A stretch of 64,000 nucleotides of DNA from Candidatus Angelobacter sp. (GTDB lineage Bacteria > Acidobacteriota > Terriglobia > Terriglobales > Acidobacteriaceae): positions 27,207 to 91,206 of the forward strand of contig DASXKZ010000011.1 in NCBI GenBank assembly GCA_036496525.1. The letters are read 5' to 3'. The position numbers and the translations under genes are program-made. A model generated the notes under the pieces. The model was not told where the DNA came from. It was given only the letters and a program-made list of their open reading frames with translations, and made no database searches. This document shows positions 9,217 through 18,601 of this stretch, piece by piece (the stretch's first letter is position 1; every line of letters starts with the position of its first letter).

Positions 9217-10197
9217 ATGGGCCCAAAGGTCATATGCTGCTTGGTTTTATCCCTTCTTGTACTTTCGATAGGCTGTGGCGGAGGCGCCATTAGTGCCACA
9301 GGTTCCACAGCATCAGCGACCCCGACACCACCGCCGAGCCCTACACCAACGCCGAGCCCTACACCAACGCCCACAACTTTCCCTGCCGCCGACCATGTTT
9401 TTGTGGTCGTGCTGGAGAACCATGCATTTAGTCAGGTAATTGGCAGCCCTTTCATGCCCTACCTGAACTCGCTGGCAACGCAACATTCTCTGGCGACGAA
9501 TTACTTTGCCGACACACACCCGTCTATCGGCAATTACTTCACGCTTACAACCGGCAATATTGAAACCAATGATGACGCTTTCACCGGAACGGTCAGCTCT
9601 GACAGTATCCCTCGTGCTTTTGCTGTCGCAAGCAAAACCTGGAAAGCATATATGGAGAGCCTGCCTTCTGTGGGCTATACCGGTGGCGATATCTATCCAT
9701 ATTTCAAGCACCATAATCCGTTCGTTTACATGACCGATGTTCTGGGCTCAAGCGCGGAAACCGCCAACATGGTTCCTTTCACCCAAATCACTTCCGACCT
9801 GAATGCCGGAACGCTACCCAGCTTTGCCTTCATCGCTCCCAACGCGGAAGACGATGCGCATGACTGCCCGGCTGGCGGCTCCGCGTGCCTGGATTCCGAC
9901 AAACTCACAGCCGCTGATAACTGGCTCAAGACTCATATCGATCCTTTGATCCAGTCGCCGGAGCTCGCCAACAGCGTTTTCATCATCACATTCGACGAAT
10001 CGCTGGACGTGGATGTTGTGAACGGTGGCGGGCAAGTGGCCATGGTGATGGTGGGAACACATGTGAAGTCTGGATTCAAGTCGACGACCTTCTATCAGCA
10101 CCAAAGCACGCTGCGGCTGGTGTTGGACTTGCTACGGGTAACTGACCATCCCGGAAATTCTGCTACAGCGCCGACGATGCAGGAGTTCTTCCAATGA
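9217..10197 (+). CDS. Phosphoesterase-family lipoprotein, tandem paralog with a Pro/Thr/Ser linker
   Basis: Start set at ATG 9217 (MGPKVICCLVLSLLVLSIGCGG lipobox). It has the same HVFVVVLENHAF / HPSIGNYF / KHHNPF / DDAHDC / ITFDES motifs as 8148..9062, plus a TPTPPPSPTPTPSPTPTPT linker. Confidence 0.75.
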   Translation: MGPKVICCLVLSLLVLSIGCGGGAISATGSTASATPTPPPSPTPTPSPTPTPTTFPAADHVFVVVLENHAFSQVIGSPFMPYLNSLATQHSLATNYFADTHPSIGNYFTLTTGNIETNDDAFTGTVSSDSIPRAFAVASKTWKAYMESLPSVGYTGGDIYPYFKHHNPFVYMTDVLGSSAETANMVPFTQITSDLNAGTLPSFAFIAPNAEDDAHDCPAGGSACLDSDKLTAADNWLKTHIDPLIQSPELANSVFIITFDESLDVDVVNGGGQVAMVMVGTHVKSGFKSTTFYQHQSTLRLVLDLLRVTDHPGNSATAPTMQEFFQ

Positions 10198-10450
10198 AGC
10201 ATCCATTGCACCCTTCCGACCCGCCATCCTGAACCAAGAGTTACTGTATCCCGCTCATCATGCTCACCCCGCGACGTGCCTTCCTGAGCCCGAGCACACA
10301 GCCCTGTTGCCCGATCCATGCTCACCATGCGAAGGCGAAGAATCGTCTCCGCTGTTCTTAAGGATCACCTTATCTGCTTTTTCAGCCTGGATAAGCGTCC
10401 GGTTCGAATTTCAGCCGATATCAATTGGGTACATCTATTCAGGAACCGCT

Positions 10451-11164
10451 TTAGAACCCCATAAACAGCATCTTTTTCGGCGCTTTCTTTTGCGCAAAGG
10501 GCCGATTCAGAAATTCCACCATCGGCGCCATTACCGCAAACCGTTTTGCCAGTTCAGGGACAACGCGTGGGGTGGTGAGCACACTGATCGGGAGCGTGGA
10601 CTCCAGATACCATTGTTTTCGCCGCAGCAACGCTTCAGCAGGATGGTCCACGGGGAAGCCCTTGGGCATGCGGCTTAACTGTTCGCCTTGAAGCTCGCCC
10701 ACCATTTTTTGCAATGACTTGCTCTTGAGTATTGCTGCAAATTCCTCGTGATTCTGTTGCAGCAAGGTTCGATAGGCCATGAGTTCATCGCGGTCCGGCC
10801 CCCATACACCGCCGAAAGCCAGCACTTCTTTTTCCGTGAAATGCAGATAAAAGACCGCGCCCTCACGCTTGACTGCGCTGCTGCGCGGGAAGATGGCGGC
10901 GATATGCGTTTTGTACGGCGTTTTGTCCGGGGAGAAACGCGTGTCACGATAGATTCTGTACACGGCCTTTGCCGGTGGCGTTACGTAGACCGGGGCGAAG
11001 CGGGCAAACTCTTCATTCATGCAACCGACAAATTCCAGCATGGGGCCCTTAATCAGCGCTTCATACTTTTCTTTGCGCGGCTGGAACCATTCACGCCGGT
11101 TGTTGCGCTTGAGCGCACGTAAAAAAGAAATTGCTTCAGGAGAAAAACCGCGGAAACGAGACAT
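10451..11164 (-). CDS. DUF2461 (TIGR02453) family protein
   Basis: 237-aa ORF. FRGFSPEAISFLRALKRNNRREWFQPRKEKYE and YRIYRDTRFSPDKTPYKTH are characteristic of this family. Confidence 0.75.
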   Translation of the reverse strand: MSRFRGFSPEAISFLRALKRNNRREWFQPRKEKYEALIKGPMLEFVGCMNEEFARFAPVYVTPPAKAVYRIYRDTRFSPDKTPYKTHIAAIFPRSSAVKREGAVFYLHFTEKEVLAFGGVWGPDRDELMAYRTLLQQNHEEFAAILKSKSLQKMVGELQGEQLSRMPKGFPVDHPAEALLRRKQWYLESTLPISVLTTPRVVPELAKRFAVMAPMVEFLNRPFAQKKAPKKMLFMGF

Positions 11165-11241
11165 TGATTAATTTTAAATGAGCCAAGCCGCAACTCTGGT
11201 ATTCACCAAGAAAGTCTATGACGATCTCTGCTCCAACCACT

Positions 11242-11916
11242 TCATGGATTCGCTTTTACCAGAATCAGGGCCAGACCGTCATAGCCCTTGCAGCCCACCG
11301 TTTGTATCACGGTGGTGGCGACACGTTTTTCCGCGGCCAGAACTTCGTTGAATTTGCGGATGCCCTGTACGTTTTCATCGGTGCTGGCAGCATCAGCCAC
11401 GGCGCCTTTGCGCACCACGTTGTCCGCGATAATCAATGTGCCCGACCGTGACAGTTTGAGAGACCATTTCAGATATTCAGCATAGCCGGACTTGTCGGCA
11501 TCGATAAAGATCAAATCGAACGGGCCGTGATTTTCCGCTACTAATTTCTGCAGTGAATCTGCCGCACGGCCCACCCGTATCTCAACTGCATTCGCCAACT
11601 CAGCACGCGTAATGTTGGCGCGAGCAATCTCCGCTCGCTTTGGATCAATCTCCAGCGAGATCAATCTGCCATCGGACGGCAAGGCGCGAGCCAGCCAGAT
11701 TGTGCTGTATCCGCCCAGCGTGCCCAATTCCAGGATTTTGCGTGCTCCCTGCACCCGGGCCAAAAGGTTCAGAAGCTTGCCTTGCGCAGGAGACACGTTG
11801 ATGGTGGGCAAACCTGCGGCTTTGCTGGAATCGAGCGCAGCTTCCAGCGCGAAATCATGCTCAATGAAAAGATCGGCAATGTAATTGTCAACGGCTGTCC
11901 ATTGTTCCTGCGCCAT
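11242..11916 (-). CDS. Class I SAM-dependent O-methyltransferase (caffeoyl-CoA O-methyltransferase-like)
   Basis: 224-aa ORF with SAM motif ILELGTLGGYS and DLIFIDADK. Confidence 0.8.
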   Translation of the reverse strand: MAQEQWTAVDNYIADLFIEHDFALEAALDSSKAAGLPTINVSPAQGKLLNLLARVQGARKILELGTLGGYSTIWLARALPSDGRLISLEIDPKRAEIARANITRAELANAVEIRVGRAADSLQKLVAENHGPFDLIFIDADKSGYAEYLKWSLKLSRSGTLIIADNVVRKGAVADAASTDENVQGIRKFNEVLAAEKRVATTVIQTVGCKGYDGLALILVKANP

Positions 11917-12013
11917 GATTTGACTGCCTCATTTGGTTCCCGCCAGCTTATTGCTGACAAAGGGTTTCTTTTGCCGCCTACCCAGTGCTCCCCGGGCCGA
12001 AACACGATTCTAC

Positions 12014-12055
12014 TTGACATAGATCAATTGATCGCTCAGTATTGAACATGTTCAA
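12014..12055 (+). promoter_or_regulatory. Candidate promoter with two perfect palindromes upstream of 12059..13054
   Basis: TTGACA at 12014-12019. GATCAATTGATC (12022-12033) and TTGAACATGTTCAA (12042-12055) are perfect palindromes. The second ends 3 nt before the ATG, and no SD is visible. Confidence 0.4.
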
Positions 12056-12058
12056 CTT

Positions 12059-13054
12059 ATGGATTCCCTTTACCCGCTCCACGATCAAAAATTGCACATC
12101 GTCATTCCCGGCGGCAGTGGTCAAGTTGGCAATGTGCTGGCACGGCATTTTCATGGTCAAGGCCATTCGGTCACCGTACTTTCACGCCATCCAGAGCCCT
12201 CGCCGTGGCGGGTCTTGCCGTGGAGCGGACGTGACTTGGGAACCTGGACAAATGCTATCGACGGGGCAGATATCGTTATCAACTTGGCCGGTCGCAATGT
12301 AAATTGCCGGTATACATCTGCTAACCGCCGCGAGATTCTTGAGTCCAGAATTCGGTCCACACAAGTTGTCGGCGAGGCCATTAGACAGGCGGCTAAGCCG
12401 CCGGCCCTCTGGATGAATGCCAGCACTGCCACGATTTACCGTCATTCTCTGGATCGCGCCATGGACGAAGCGACAGGTGAGCTGGGAGGGCATGAACCCG
12501 ATGCGCCGGCGACATGGCGCTTCAGCATTGACGTGGCAACAAACTGGGAGCGAGAATTTTTTTCTTCTGCAACGCCCGGCACTCGGAAGATCGCTCTACG
12601 CAGCGCCATGACCATGAGCTCTGATCGGGGCGGCATCTTTGACACGCTGTTGCGGCTTGTCCGAGCAGGGTTGGGAGGGGAAGCCGCATCAGGGAAACAG
12701 TTTATTTCCTGGATTCATGAAACTGACTTCGTACAGGCGATTGATTTCCTGATCGATCATCAATCTCTGGATGGCTTTATCAACATCTGCTCGCCTTGTC
12801 CGCTGCCGAATCAAGAATTCATGCGCGTTCTGCGCAATGCCTGGGGGACTCGCATTGGGCTGCCCGCGACACAATGGATGCTTGGAGTGGGAGCTGTCTT
12901 TTTGCGGACAGAAACCGAGTTGATACTCAAGAGTCGCCGCGTTGTTCCGCAGAGACTCCTCGAAGCAGGCTTCAGGTTCAACTTTGCCGAATGGCCCAGA
13001 GCTGCAGGCGATTTAGTGCAACGTTGGCGTTCAAATCATAGACTGCATAGGTAA
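12059..13054 (+). CDS. Epimerase-family protein, YfcH/SDR39U1-like (TIGR01777, C-terminal DUF1731)
   Basis: 331-aa ORF with IPGGSGQVG Rossmann motif and C-terminal PQRLLEAGFRFNF. Confidence 0.75.
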   Translation: MDSLYPLHDQKLHIVIPGGSGQVGNVLARHFHGQGHSVTVLSRHPEPSPWRVLPWSGRDLGTWTNAIDGADIVINLAGRNVNCRYTSANRREILESRIRSTQVVGEAIRQAAKPPALWMNASTATIYRHSLDRAMDEATGELGGHEPDAPATWRFSIDVATNWEREFFSSATPGTRKIALRSAMTMSSDRGGIFDTLLRLVRAGLGGEAASGKQFISWIHETDFVQAIDFLIDHQSLDGFINICSPCPLPNQEFMRVLRNAWGTRIGLPATQWMLGVGAVFLRTETELILKSRRVVPQRLLEAGFRFNFAEWPRAAGDLVQRWRSNHRLHR

Positions 13055-13056
13055 AC

Positions 13057-14190
13057 CTATCTGGATGCGAGCGCTGCTTGCTTTGGGCGTTCTTTCTTTT
13101 TGCCGCCCGATGCCTCGTCAATAATCTGCCGCGCAATCCGTTCACGATGAAACGTTGCATCGCCCAGCATGGTCTCTGAAGCCTTGGCGCGGCGATAGTA
13201 AAGATGGATATCGTTCTCCCAGGTAAAGCCCATGCCGCCGTGGACCTGTATGCCGCGATTGCCGACGTTCCGCGCGGCGTCACTCGCGTACATCTTAGCC
13301 ACTGAGACTGAAGTAGCTGCATCCGGCGTATTCTCTTCCAGCGCCCACGCCGCATAGTAAGTGGCGGAGCGCGAGCTTTCTGTCTCAAGATACATATCGG
13401 CGCAAAGGTGCTGCACGGCCTGGAAAATTCCAATTGGCTTGCCGAACTGCTTGCGTGTCTTGGCGTATGCCACGGTCAACTCCAGCGTGCGCTGCATGCC
13501 GCCGGTCATCTCCGCACATAGAGATGCCGTGGCTACATTGAGCGCGCCAGCCAGGCCACCGGGATTGCCCAGCGCTTCTGCCGGTGTATCTTTGAATTCC
13601 ACGGCATAAATCTTTCGGGCCAGGTCCATGCCTTTCATGGGCTCAATGTGCAGGCCGGGAGCTTTAGCATCGACCACGAAAACACCATCACGCGCGGCTA
13701 CCACGATGAAGTCGGCAACAGCCGCGTCGGTAACAAACAATTTTGTCCCCGTAAGCTTGTTGCCGGCGGAGCTGATCTTTAGATTCTCTGGATTCCAGCT
13801 TCCGGCCTCTTCCACCAGCGCAACCGTGGAGCGCACTTGCCCGGCAGCGATGCGGCCCAGATATTTCTTTTTTTGGTCGGGCGAACCGCAAGTATTGATG
13901 ATCGTTCCTGCCAGCGCCACGGTGGAGAAAAAAGGTCCCGGCAGCAATGCGTAACCAGCTTCTTCCATCAGCAATATCAGTTCCACTTTTCCCAGGCCCA
14001 TGCCGCCGTGCTCTTCCGGGACAATAATTCCGGTGAAACCCTGCTCAGCGAGCTTGGTCCAGAGCGCGGCGTCATAAGCTGTTTCGGTTTCCATGGCCTT
14101 GCGCACCGCCGCGATGGGACTCTCACCGGCAAAAAACTTGCGCGCCGTGTCTTTCAGAATCTGCTGGCTTTCGCTTAGTCCAAATTGCAT
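13057..14190 (-). CDS. Acyl-CoA dehydrogenase
   Basis: 377-aa ORF. The family pattern runs throughout, for example GIQVHGGMGFTWENDIHLYYRRAK. Confidence 0.85.
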   Translation of the reverse strand: MQFGLSESQQILKDTARKFFAGESPIAAVRKAMETETAYDAALWTKLAEQGFTGIIVPEEHGGMGLGKVELILLMEEAGYALLPGPFFSTVALAGTIINTCGSPDQKKKYLGRIAAGQVRSTVALVEEAGSWNPENLKISSAGNKLTGTKLFVTDAAVADFIVVAARDGVFVVDAKAPGLHIEPMKGMDLARKIYAVEFKDTPAEALGNPGGLAGALNVATASLCAEMTGGMQRTLELTVAYAKTRKQFGKPIGIFQAVQHLCADMYLETESSRSATYYAAWALEENTPDAATSVSVAKMYASDAARNVGNRGIQVHGGMGFTWENDIHLYYRRAKASETMLGDATFHRERIARQIIDEASGGKKKERPKQAALASR

Positions 14191-14202
14191 GGTGGTGCTC
14201 CT

Positions 14203-14400
14203 TTACAGCATTCAGCCCCAGAACAATTTGTTTACCGCAAAGGTCGCCAAGGATCGCAAAGAAAAAGCTCACATAAAGAGCAGCAATTTTCTGCGTCCTT
14301 TGGTTTCATTCCTTTCTTAATTCCTTTGCGCTCTTTGCGTCCTTTGCGGTTCATGTTTTGGCTGAATGCTGACTGCTGATTGCTGAATGCTAACTGCTGC
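14203..14400. repeat. Word-tandem inverted-repeat element E1
   Basis: Outer arms are agcattcagc (about 14207) and gctgaatgct-gactgctgat-tgctgaatgc (14361-14399). Inner arms are accgcaaaggtcgccaaggatcgcaaagaa (14234-14263) and ttcctttgcgctctttgcgtcctttgcggt (14321-14350), which are reverse complements with a few mismatches. Confidence 0.8.
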
Positions 14401-14401
14401 A

Positions 14402-15589
14402 CTAATAGCTCTTTGGCAATCCCAGCACAAAATGCCCAATGATATTGCGTTGGATTTCTGACGTGCCTGCTTCAATGGTGTTGCCGCGCGATCTTAAATA
14501 GCCATACGCCCACATGCCGTTATCGATCGCATATTCGTCCCCGGCTTCAAGTTGTCCGTATGGCCCCATCACTTCCTGGGCGATCTGCTGAAAGCGCTGG
14601 TTCAGTTCGCTCCAAAAAATTTTCTGGATAGAGCCTTCCGGTCCGGGCACGCCGGTAGCATTGATTCGGCTGAAGGCGCGCATCTGATTGCAGCGCATGA
14701 TTTCGATTTCGGCATAGCATTGCGCCAGCTTCTGCCGGACGACGGGGTCTTCCGCCGCCGGATGGCCATTGCGTTCTGTCGTCTTCGCCAGATCAATCAG
14801 CCGCTCCATATTTCTTCGATACGTAATCTGCAGACCCGCGCCGAAGGTGCCCCGCTCATGCATGAGCGTCCCCATGGCCACGCCCCAGCCTTCATTCACT
14901 TTGCCGACGACGTTGGCCACAGGTATGCGCACGTCATGGAAGAAAAGCTCGTTAAATTCGGTTTCGCCCGTCATCTGGCGTAGCGGACGGACTTCAACGC
15001 CGGGCGTCTTCATGTCCACCAGCAGCACGGTCAATCCTTTGTGCTTGGGAACATTTGGATCTGTGCGGACAACTAGTTCGCACCAGTGCGCGGCCCAGCC
15101 ATAGCTATTCCAGACTTTCTGGCCGTTTACAACATAGTGATCGCCCTCCAACTTGGCTTCGCAGCGCACATTGGCCAGATCAGAGCCCGCGTCCGGCTCG
15201 GAGAATCCCTGGCACCAGATTTCTTCCGCGCTCAGGATTTTGGCCAGATGCCGCTTCTTCTGTGCCTCAGTGCCAAAAGCGATGATCGTCGGGCCAATAA
15301 TTCCCAACCCAAGAACATTCGCTAAAGGCGGCGCCTGGGCCAGCGCCATCTCCTGCCAGAAGATCACCTGCTCCATAAGGCTGGCGCCGCGTCCGCCGTA
15401 TTCCTTTGGCCATGAGATGCCTGCCCAACCGCCCTCATAGAGTTTGCGCTGCCAACGCTTGAGGTATTCAAAGCGGACTTCCATGGATTCTTCTCGCCGC
15501 TCGTCCCAATCAGTAGGCGCGTTGGCGGAAAGCCATGTGCGCAATTCATCGCGAAACTTGATTTCATCGGGGCTAAGGTTCAGGTCCAT
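14402..15589 (-). CDS. Acyl-CoA dehydrogenase family protein
   Basis: Start set at ATG 15589 (MDLNLSPDEIKFRDEL), preceded by gggaggaggactt. ACAD pattern includes GGWAGISWPKEYGGRG and GTSEIQRNIIG. Confidence 0.85.
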   Translation of the reverse strand: MDLNLSPDEIKFRDELRTWLSANAPTDWDERREESMEVRFEYLKRWQRKLYEGGWAGISWPKEYGGRGASLMEQVIFWQEMALAQAPPLANVLGLGIIGPTIIAFGTEAQKKRHLAKILSAEEIWCQGFSEPDAGSDLANVRCEAKLEGDHYVVNGQKVWNSYGWAAHWCELVVRTDPNVPKHKGLTVLLVDMKTPGVEVRPLRQMTGETEFNELFFHDVRIPVANVVGKVNEGWGVAMGTLMHERGTFGAGLQITYRRNMERLIDLAKTTERNGHPAAEDPVVRQKLAQCYAEIEIMRCNQMRAFSRINATGVPGPEGSIQKIFWSELNQRFQQIAQEVMGPYGQLEAGDEYAIDNGMWAYGYLRSRGNTIEAGTSEIQRNIIGHFVLGLPKSY

Positions 15590-15743
15590 AAGTCCTCCTC
15601 CCACGTCTTCCGCACTAACGCCAGCCGACGAAACCATCGTCGGTCGTCACTCAATGAATGGCTATTCATTTTGGCAGACAAGTTTACATGGTTCCGGCCG
15701 CTTGCGCCCGCTCTAAAGCGAGATAAGAGAACAATCAGGCGTA

Positions 15744-16319
15744 TCATCGGCTGCCCTTCACCATGTGAATGATAGGCAACGTAATTTCGCCTTCCAGCGG
15801 GACATCGAGTCGCTCCCCTGCTACATAGCCTCTTTTCTCAAAGAGTCTTGCTCCAGTCAGGGTCGCGCCCATTTCAAAGCGAGTGAAGCCAGCCGCGAGA
15901 GCTGCCGCTTCGCAAGCGTCCAACAGCAGAGTTCCAATGCCGTGCCGCGCCCAGTCAGAATGAATGAAGAATGCGCGAATTTTTGCGGCGTCAGTCGCAG
16001 GATCAAGCATGTCATCCTGGCGATCTCGCCAGCGATCACCGCCATAAAGCGTTTTGCGTTTACTCCAGCCGCCACAGGCAACAATTATCGGTTTCTTCTC
16101 TGGATCAACAGGGACAGTTTCGACCAGCAGATAGGTACCGTCTGCGACCAACTGGCTGTCAATGCCAAAGACCGTCCTAAGCGCACTGTCAATCTGGGCA
16201 GGCGAGTAATCGCCGGATTGCAAGCGCCGCACTGAAGCATCAATCAAGTCGCGCAAAACCGGGATGTCTGCCGCGACAGCCGGACGGATTGCAAAAGATG
16301 AAGGCATGTGTGAGTGCAT
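15744..16319 (-). CDS. GNAT-family N-acetyltransferase
   Basis: 191-aa ORF with IRAFFIHSDWARHGIGTLLLDACE (acetyl-CoA-binding Q/RxxGxG-like motif). Confidence 0.75.
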   Translation of the reverse strand: MHSHMPSSFAIRPAVAADIPVLRDLIDASVRRLQSGDYSPAQIDSALRTVFGIDSQLVADGTYLLVETVPVDPEKKPIIVACGGWSKRKTLYGGDRWRDRQDDMLDPATDAAKIRAFFIHSDWARHGIGTLLLDACEAAALAAGFTRFEMGATLTGARLFEKRGYVAGERLDVPLEGEITLPIIHMVKGSR

Positions 16320-16330
16320 TCAATTTTATC

Positions 16331-16362
16331 CAAAATAAAAACGGCCCCGCGCGCTGGGCCGC
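16331..16362 (-). terminator. Rho-independent terminator after the CarboxypepD_reg-TPR gene
   Basis: On the minus strand: gcggccc-agcgcgc-ggggccg followed by tttttatttt. Confidence 0.75.
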
Positions 16363-16388
16363 TTTTGTGATCGGGTTTGCGTCCTGGC

Positions 16389-17369
16389 TTACTTCGCCGG
16401 TATCGTTGCCAAGAAACTCTTTACCTCGTCAGCATGAGGGCCGCTGGGTTCAAGCTGGAGATATTTGTTGCAAGAGGTTTTGGCATCGTCAAACTTTTGC
16501 GCGTTGAACTCCACGCCGCAAAGGTTATAGCTATACAGCGCGGAAGAGGGATCTATCTCGGTGGCTTTCTTCAACGCCGCAATGGCCTCGTCCTGCTTCT
16601 GCAGTTTTAGATAGTCATTGCCTTGCGCGGTCAACATCCGCCCAGCGCCTTGTTTGGCGGCAGCAGGATTCAACGTCGGAACTTTTGAGTCAGCCGGCGA
16701 CGAGCCGGAAATCAGCGACTGCGCTACCTGGACGCCCTTGTCGTAGGTCTGAACTGCCTCATCCAACTTGTTGGACTTGCTTTGCGCCTCGCCCAGGGCC
16801 ATATAAAAATCCCAACGGCTGCTGTCGGGCGCGGCTGCAATCAGTTGCTTGAGCGCAGTCTCCGCCTTGGGCCAATCCTGCGCCTGCCGCGCGTTTTGCG
16901 CGTCACTGATCAGGGAATTCAAGCCCGCAATCTTCTTATTGTCAGCCTGGATTTTGGCGAGTTGTTCCTTGGTGAGTTTTGGGGCAGCGGGTTGAGGCAG
17001 GCCAAACTTGCTGTCCGTAATCGGTTCCTTACCAACAGGGATGTTGAGATAGTTGCTGTCTGTTGTGTTATCAGTGCCGAGAGTGGTTGTCTCTGAAAAA
17101 AGCTTCTCTCCTTTATCGTTTAATACATCTATCCGGTACGAACCGTAGGGCACGCCAAGCAACTTGAATTCTCCGCCCTTGTCAGTCTTGGTCTTGGAGA
17201 CTTTACCGGTCTCAGTACTCGTAAACACAACCTGTGCGTTGGAAAGGGGGCTGCCTTCCTGGGTGACTTTGCCTTCCGCCTGTGCGCCCACCGACTGCGA
17301 GTGCGCGGGCAAAGATCCCACAGCAAACAACAGAGCGCCCAGCGCAAGAACAATAACATTCCGCTTCAT
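16389..17369 (-). CDS. Secreted protein: carboxypeptidase-regulatory-like domain plus TPR repeats
   Basis: Start at ATG 17369 (MKRNVIVLALGALLFAVGSLPAHSQ), with SD ggaggaaacaaccacaATG. GKVTQEGSPLSNAQVVFTS...TDKGGEFKLLGVPYGSYRIDV is followed by TPR-like helices. Confidence 0.7.
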   Translation of the reverse strand: MKRNVIVLALGALLFAVGSLPAHSQSVGAQAEGKVTQEGSPLSNAQVVFTSTETGKVSKTKTDKGGEFKLLGVPYGSYRIDVLNDKGEKLFSETTTLGTDNTTDSNYLNIPVGKEPITDSKFGLPQPAAPKLTKEQLAKIQADNKKIAGLNSLISDAQNARQAQDWPKAETALKQLIAAAPDSSRWDFYMALGEAQSKSNKLDEAVQTYDKGVQVAQSLISGSSPADSKVPTLNPAAAKQGAGRMLTAQGNDYLKLQKQDEAIAALKKATEIDPSSALYSYNLCGVEFNAQKFDDAKTSCNKYLQLEPSGPHADEVKSFLATIPAK

Positions 17370-17490
17370 TGTGGTTGTTTCCTCCAGAGTGCCTTGCTTT
17401 GAATGCAGCAAGACCTATCGCCCAAAAGGTCCAGGGATGTTTCTTGCTCGGAACCCAGTTGTTTTACCAGAATCCGAAAGTGGGTTCATC

Positions 17491-18564
17491 TTATTTCTTC
17501 TTCTTTTCGTGATAAGTGCTCTCAACTTTGGATCCGATATACGCCAACATTTGCTTTACGTCATTAGCATGGCTGCCGTCAGGAGCCAGCTCAAGATATT
17601 TATTGAGTGCCTCAGCGGTGCCCGGGGCTGGTTTGACTTTACCGTCTTTATCTGTGGTGCTTGAGGCTATCAGCAGTGATCCCTTAATGAAATAGGCGTC
17701 TGCCCGGTTCGGATCGGCGGCAATTGCCTTATCGCAGGCGGCCAATGCGCCTTCCGTGTTGCCACTGTTGTATTGCGTAGCGCAGATATTGAAATACGCC
17801 GTTGCAGGATTGGGGTCCATGGATGCTGCTTTGGTATAGGCCGCAATCGCCTGGTCATTCTTTTTCAACTTAAGATAAGCGTTGCCTTCATTGGTGAGCA
17901 TCTGCGCCACACCGGCTTTGGCCTTTGCAGGATCAGCTTTGGGATCGGTCTTGGTGGCATTTTCCGCGATGGGAATCGCCTTTTCATATGTTGCCACGGC
18001 CTCGTCAAATTTGCCTTCGCCGAATTGAGCATTTCCCAGCGCCTGCTGGTAATCCCAGCGATTTGGGTTCATCGCGATTAATTTGGTCAGGATCGGTTCA
18101 GCGGTTGCCCAATCTTTAGCTTGTAACGCCGGGTTCAGTTGTGCAATCAAGGTATTTTCATTGATCGCCTTGCTGCGTTCCGCCGTCATCTTTTCCAGTT
18201 CTTCTTTGCTGGGACCTGCGCCCGGTTTGCCGGAAGTGAGCTCTACCGAGATGTTATCGACCGCGCCGCCCTCGCCCTGAATCCGAACCTGGCCTTTGAA
18301 GCGCTTTTCGCCGGCAGTTACCTCTTCGTTGTAATCGCCGAACGGAATTCCAACGCCCTCAACTTGTCCGTTCTTGTCGCTCTTCATCTTGATGGTGTGT
18401 CCATTGGACATATTGGTCAACACTACATCCGCATTGGCTACCGGCTTGCCGCCATCGGTAATCGTTCCCTGGACCTTGCCTGCTGTGGCCTGCGACCAGG
18501 CAGTTGTTGTGGCCACCATAAACAGCGCAATCACCATGATTGGATATGTAAGTTTCATTTTCAT
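17491..18564 (-). CDS. Secreted protein: carboxypeptidase-regulatory-like domain plus TPR repeats (paralog)
   Basis: 357-aa ORF with signal peptide. GKVQGTITDGGKPVANADVVLTN...SDKNGQVEGVGIPFGDY is followed by TPR-like repeats. Same architecture as 16389..17369. Confidence 0.7.
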   Translation of the reverse strand: MKMKLTYPIMVIALFMVATTTAWSQATAGKVQGTITDGGKPVANADVVLTNMSNGHTIKMKSDKNGQVEGVGIPFGDYNEEVTAGEKRFKGQVRIQGEGGAVDNISVELTSGKPGAGPSKEELEKMTAERSKAINENTLIAQLNPALQAKDWATAEPILTKLIAMNPNRWDYQQALGNAQFGEGKFDEAVATYEKAIPIAENATKTDPKADPAKAKAGVAQMLTNEGNAYLKLKKNDQAIAAYTKAASMDPNPATAYFNICATQYNSGNTEGALAACDKAIAADPNRADAYFIKGSLLIASSTTDKDGKVKPAPGTAEALNKYLELAPDGSHANDVKQMLAYIGSKVESTYHEKKKK

Positions 18565-18601
18565 TTTGTCGAGCCTCCGGCTTCAACTTGAATCTTGAAA
18601 T

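Noticed and set aside
10401-10409. GGTTCGAAT T-loop-like 9-mer in the 10.2-10.45-kb intergenic region
   Set aside because: Flanking bases (gtcc/ttcag) cannot form a T-stem or acceptor stem, so it is not a tRNA.
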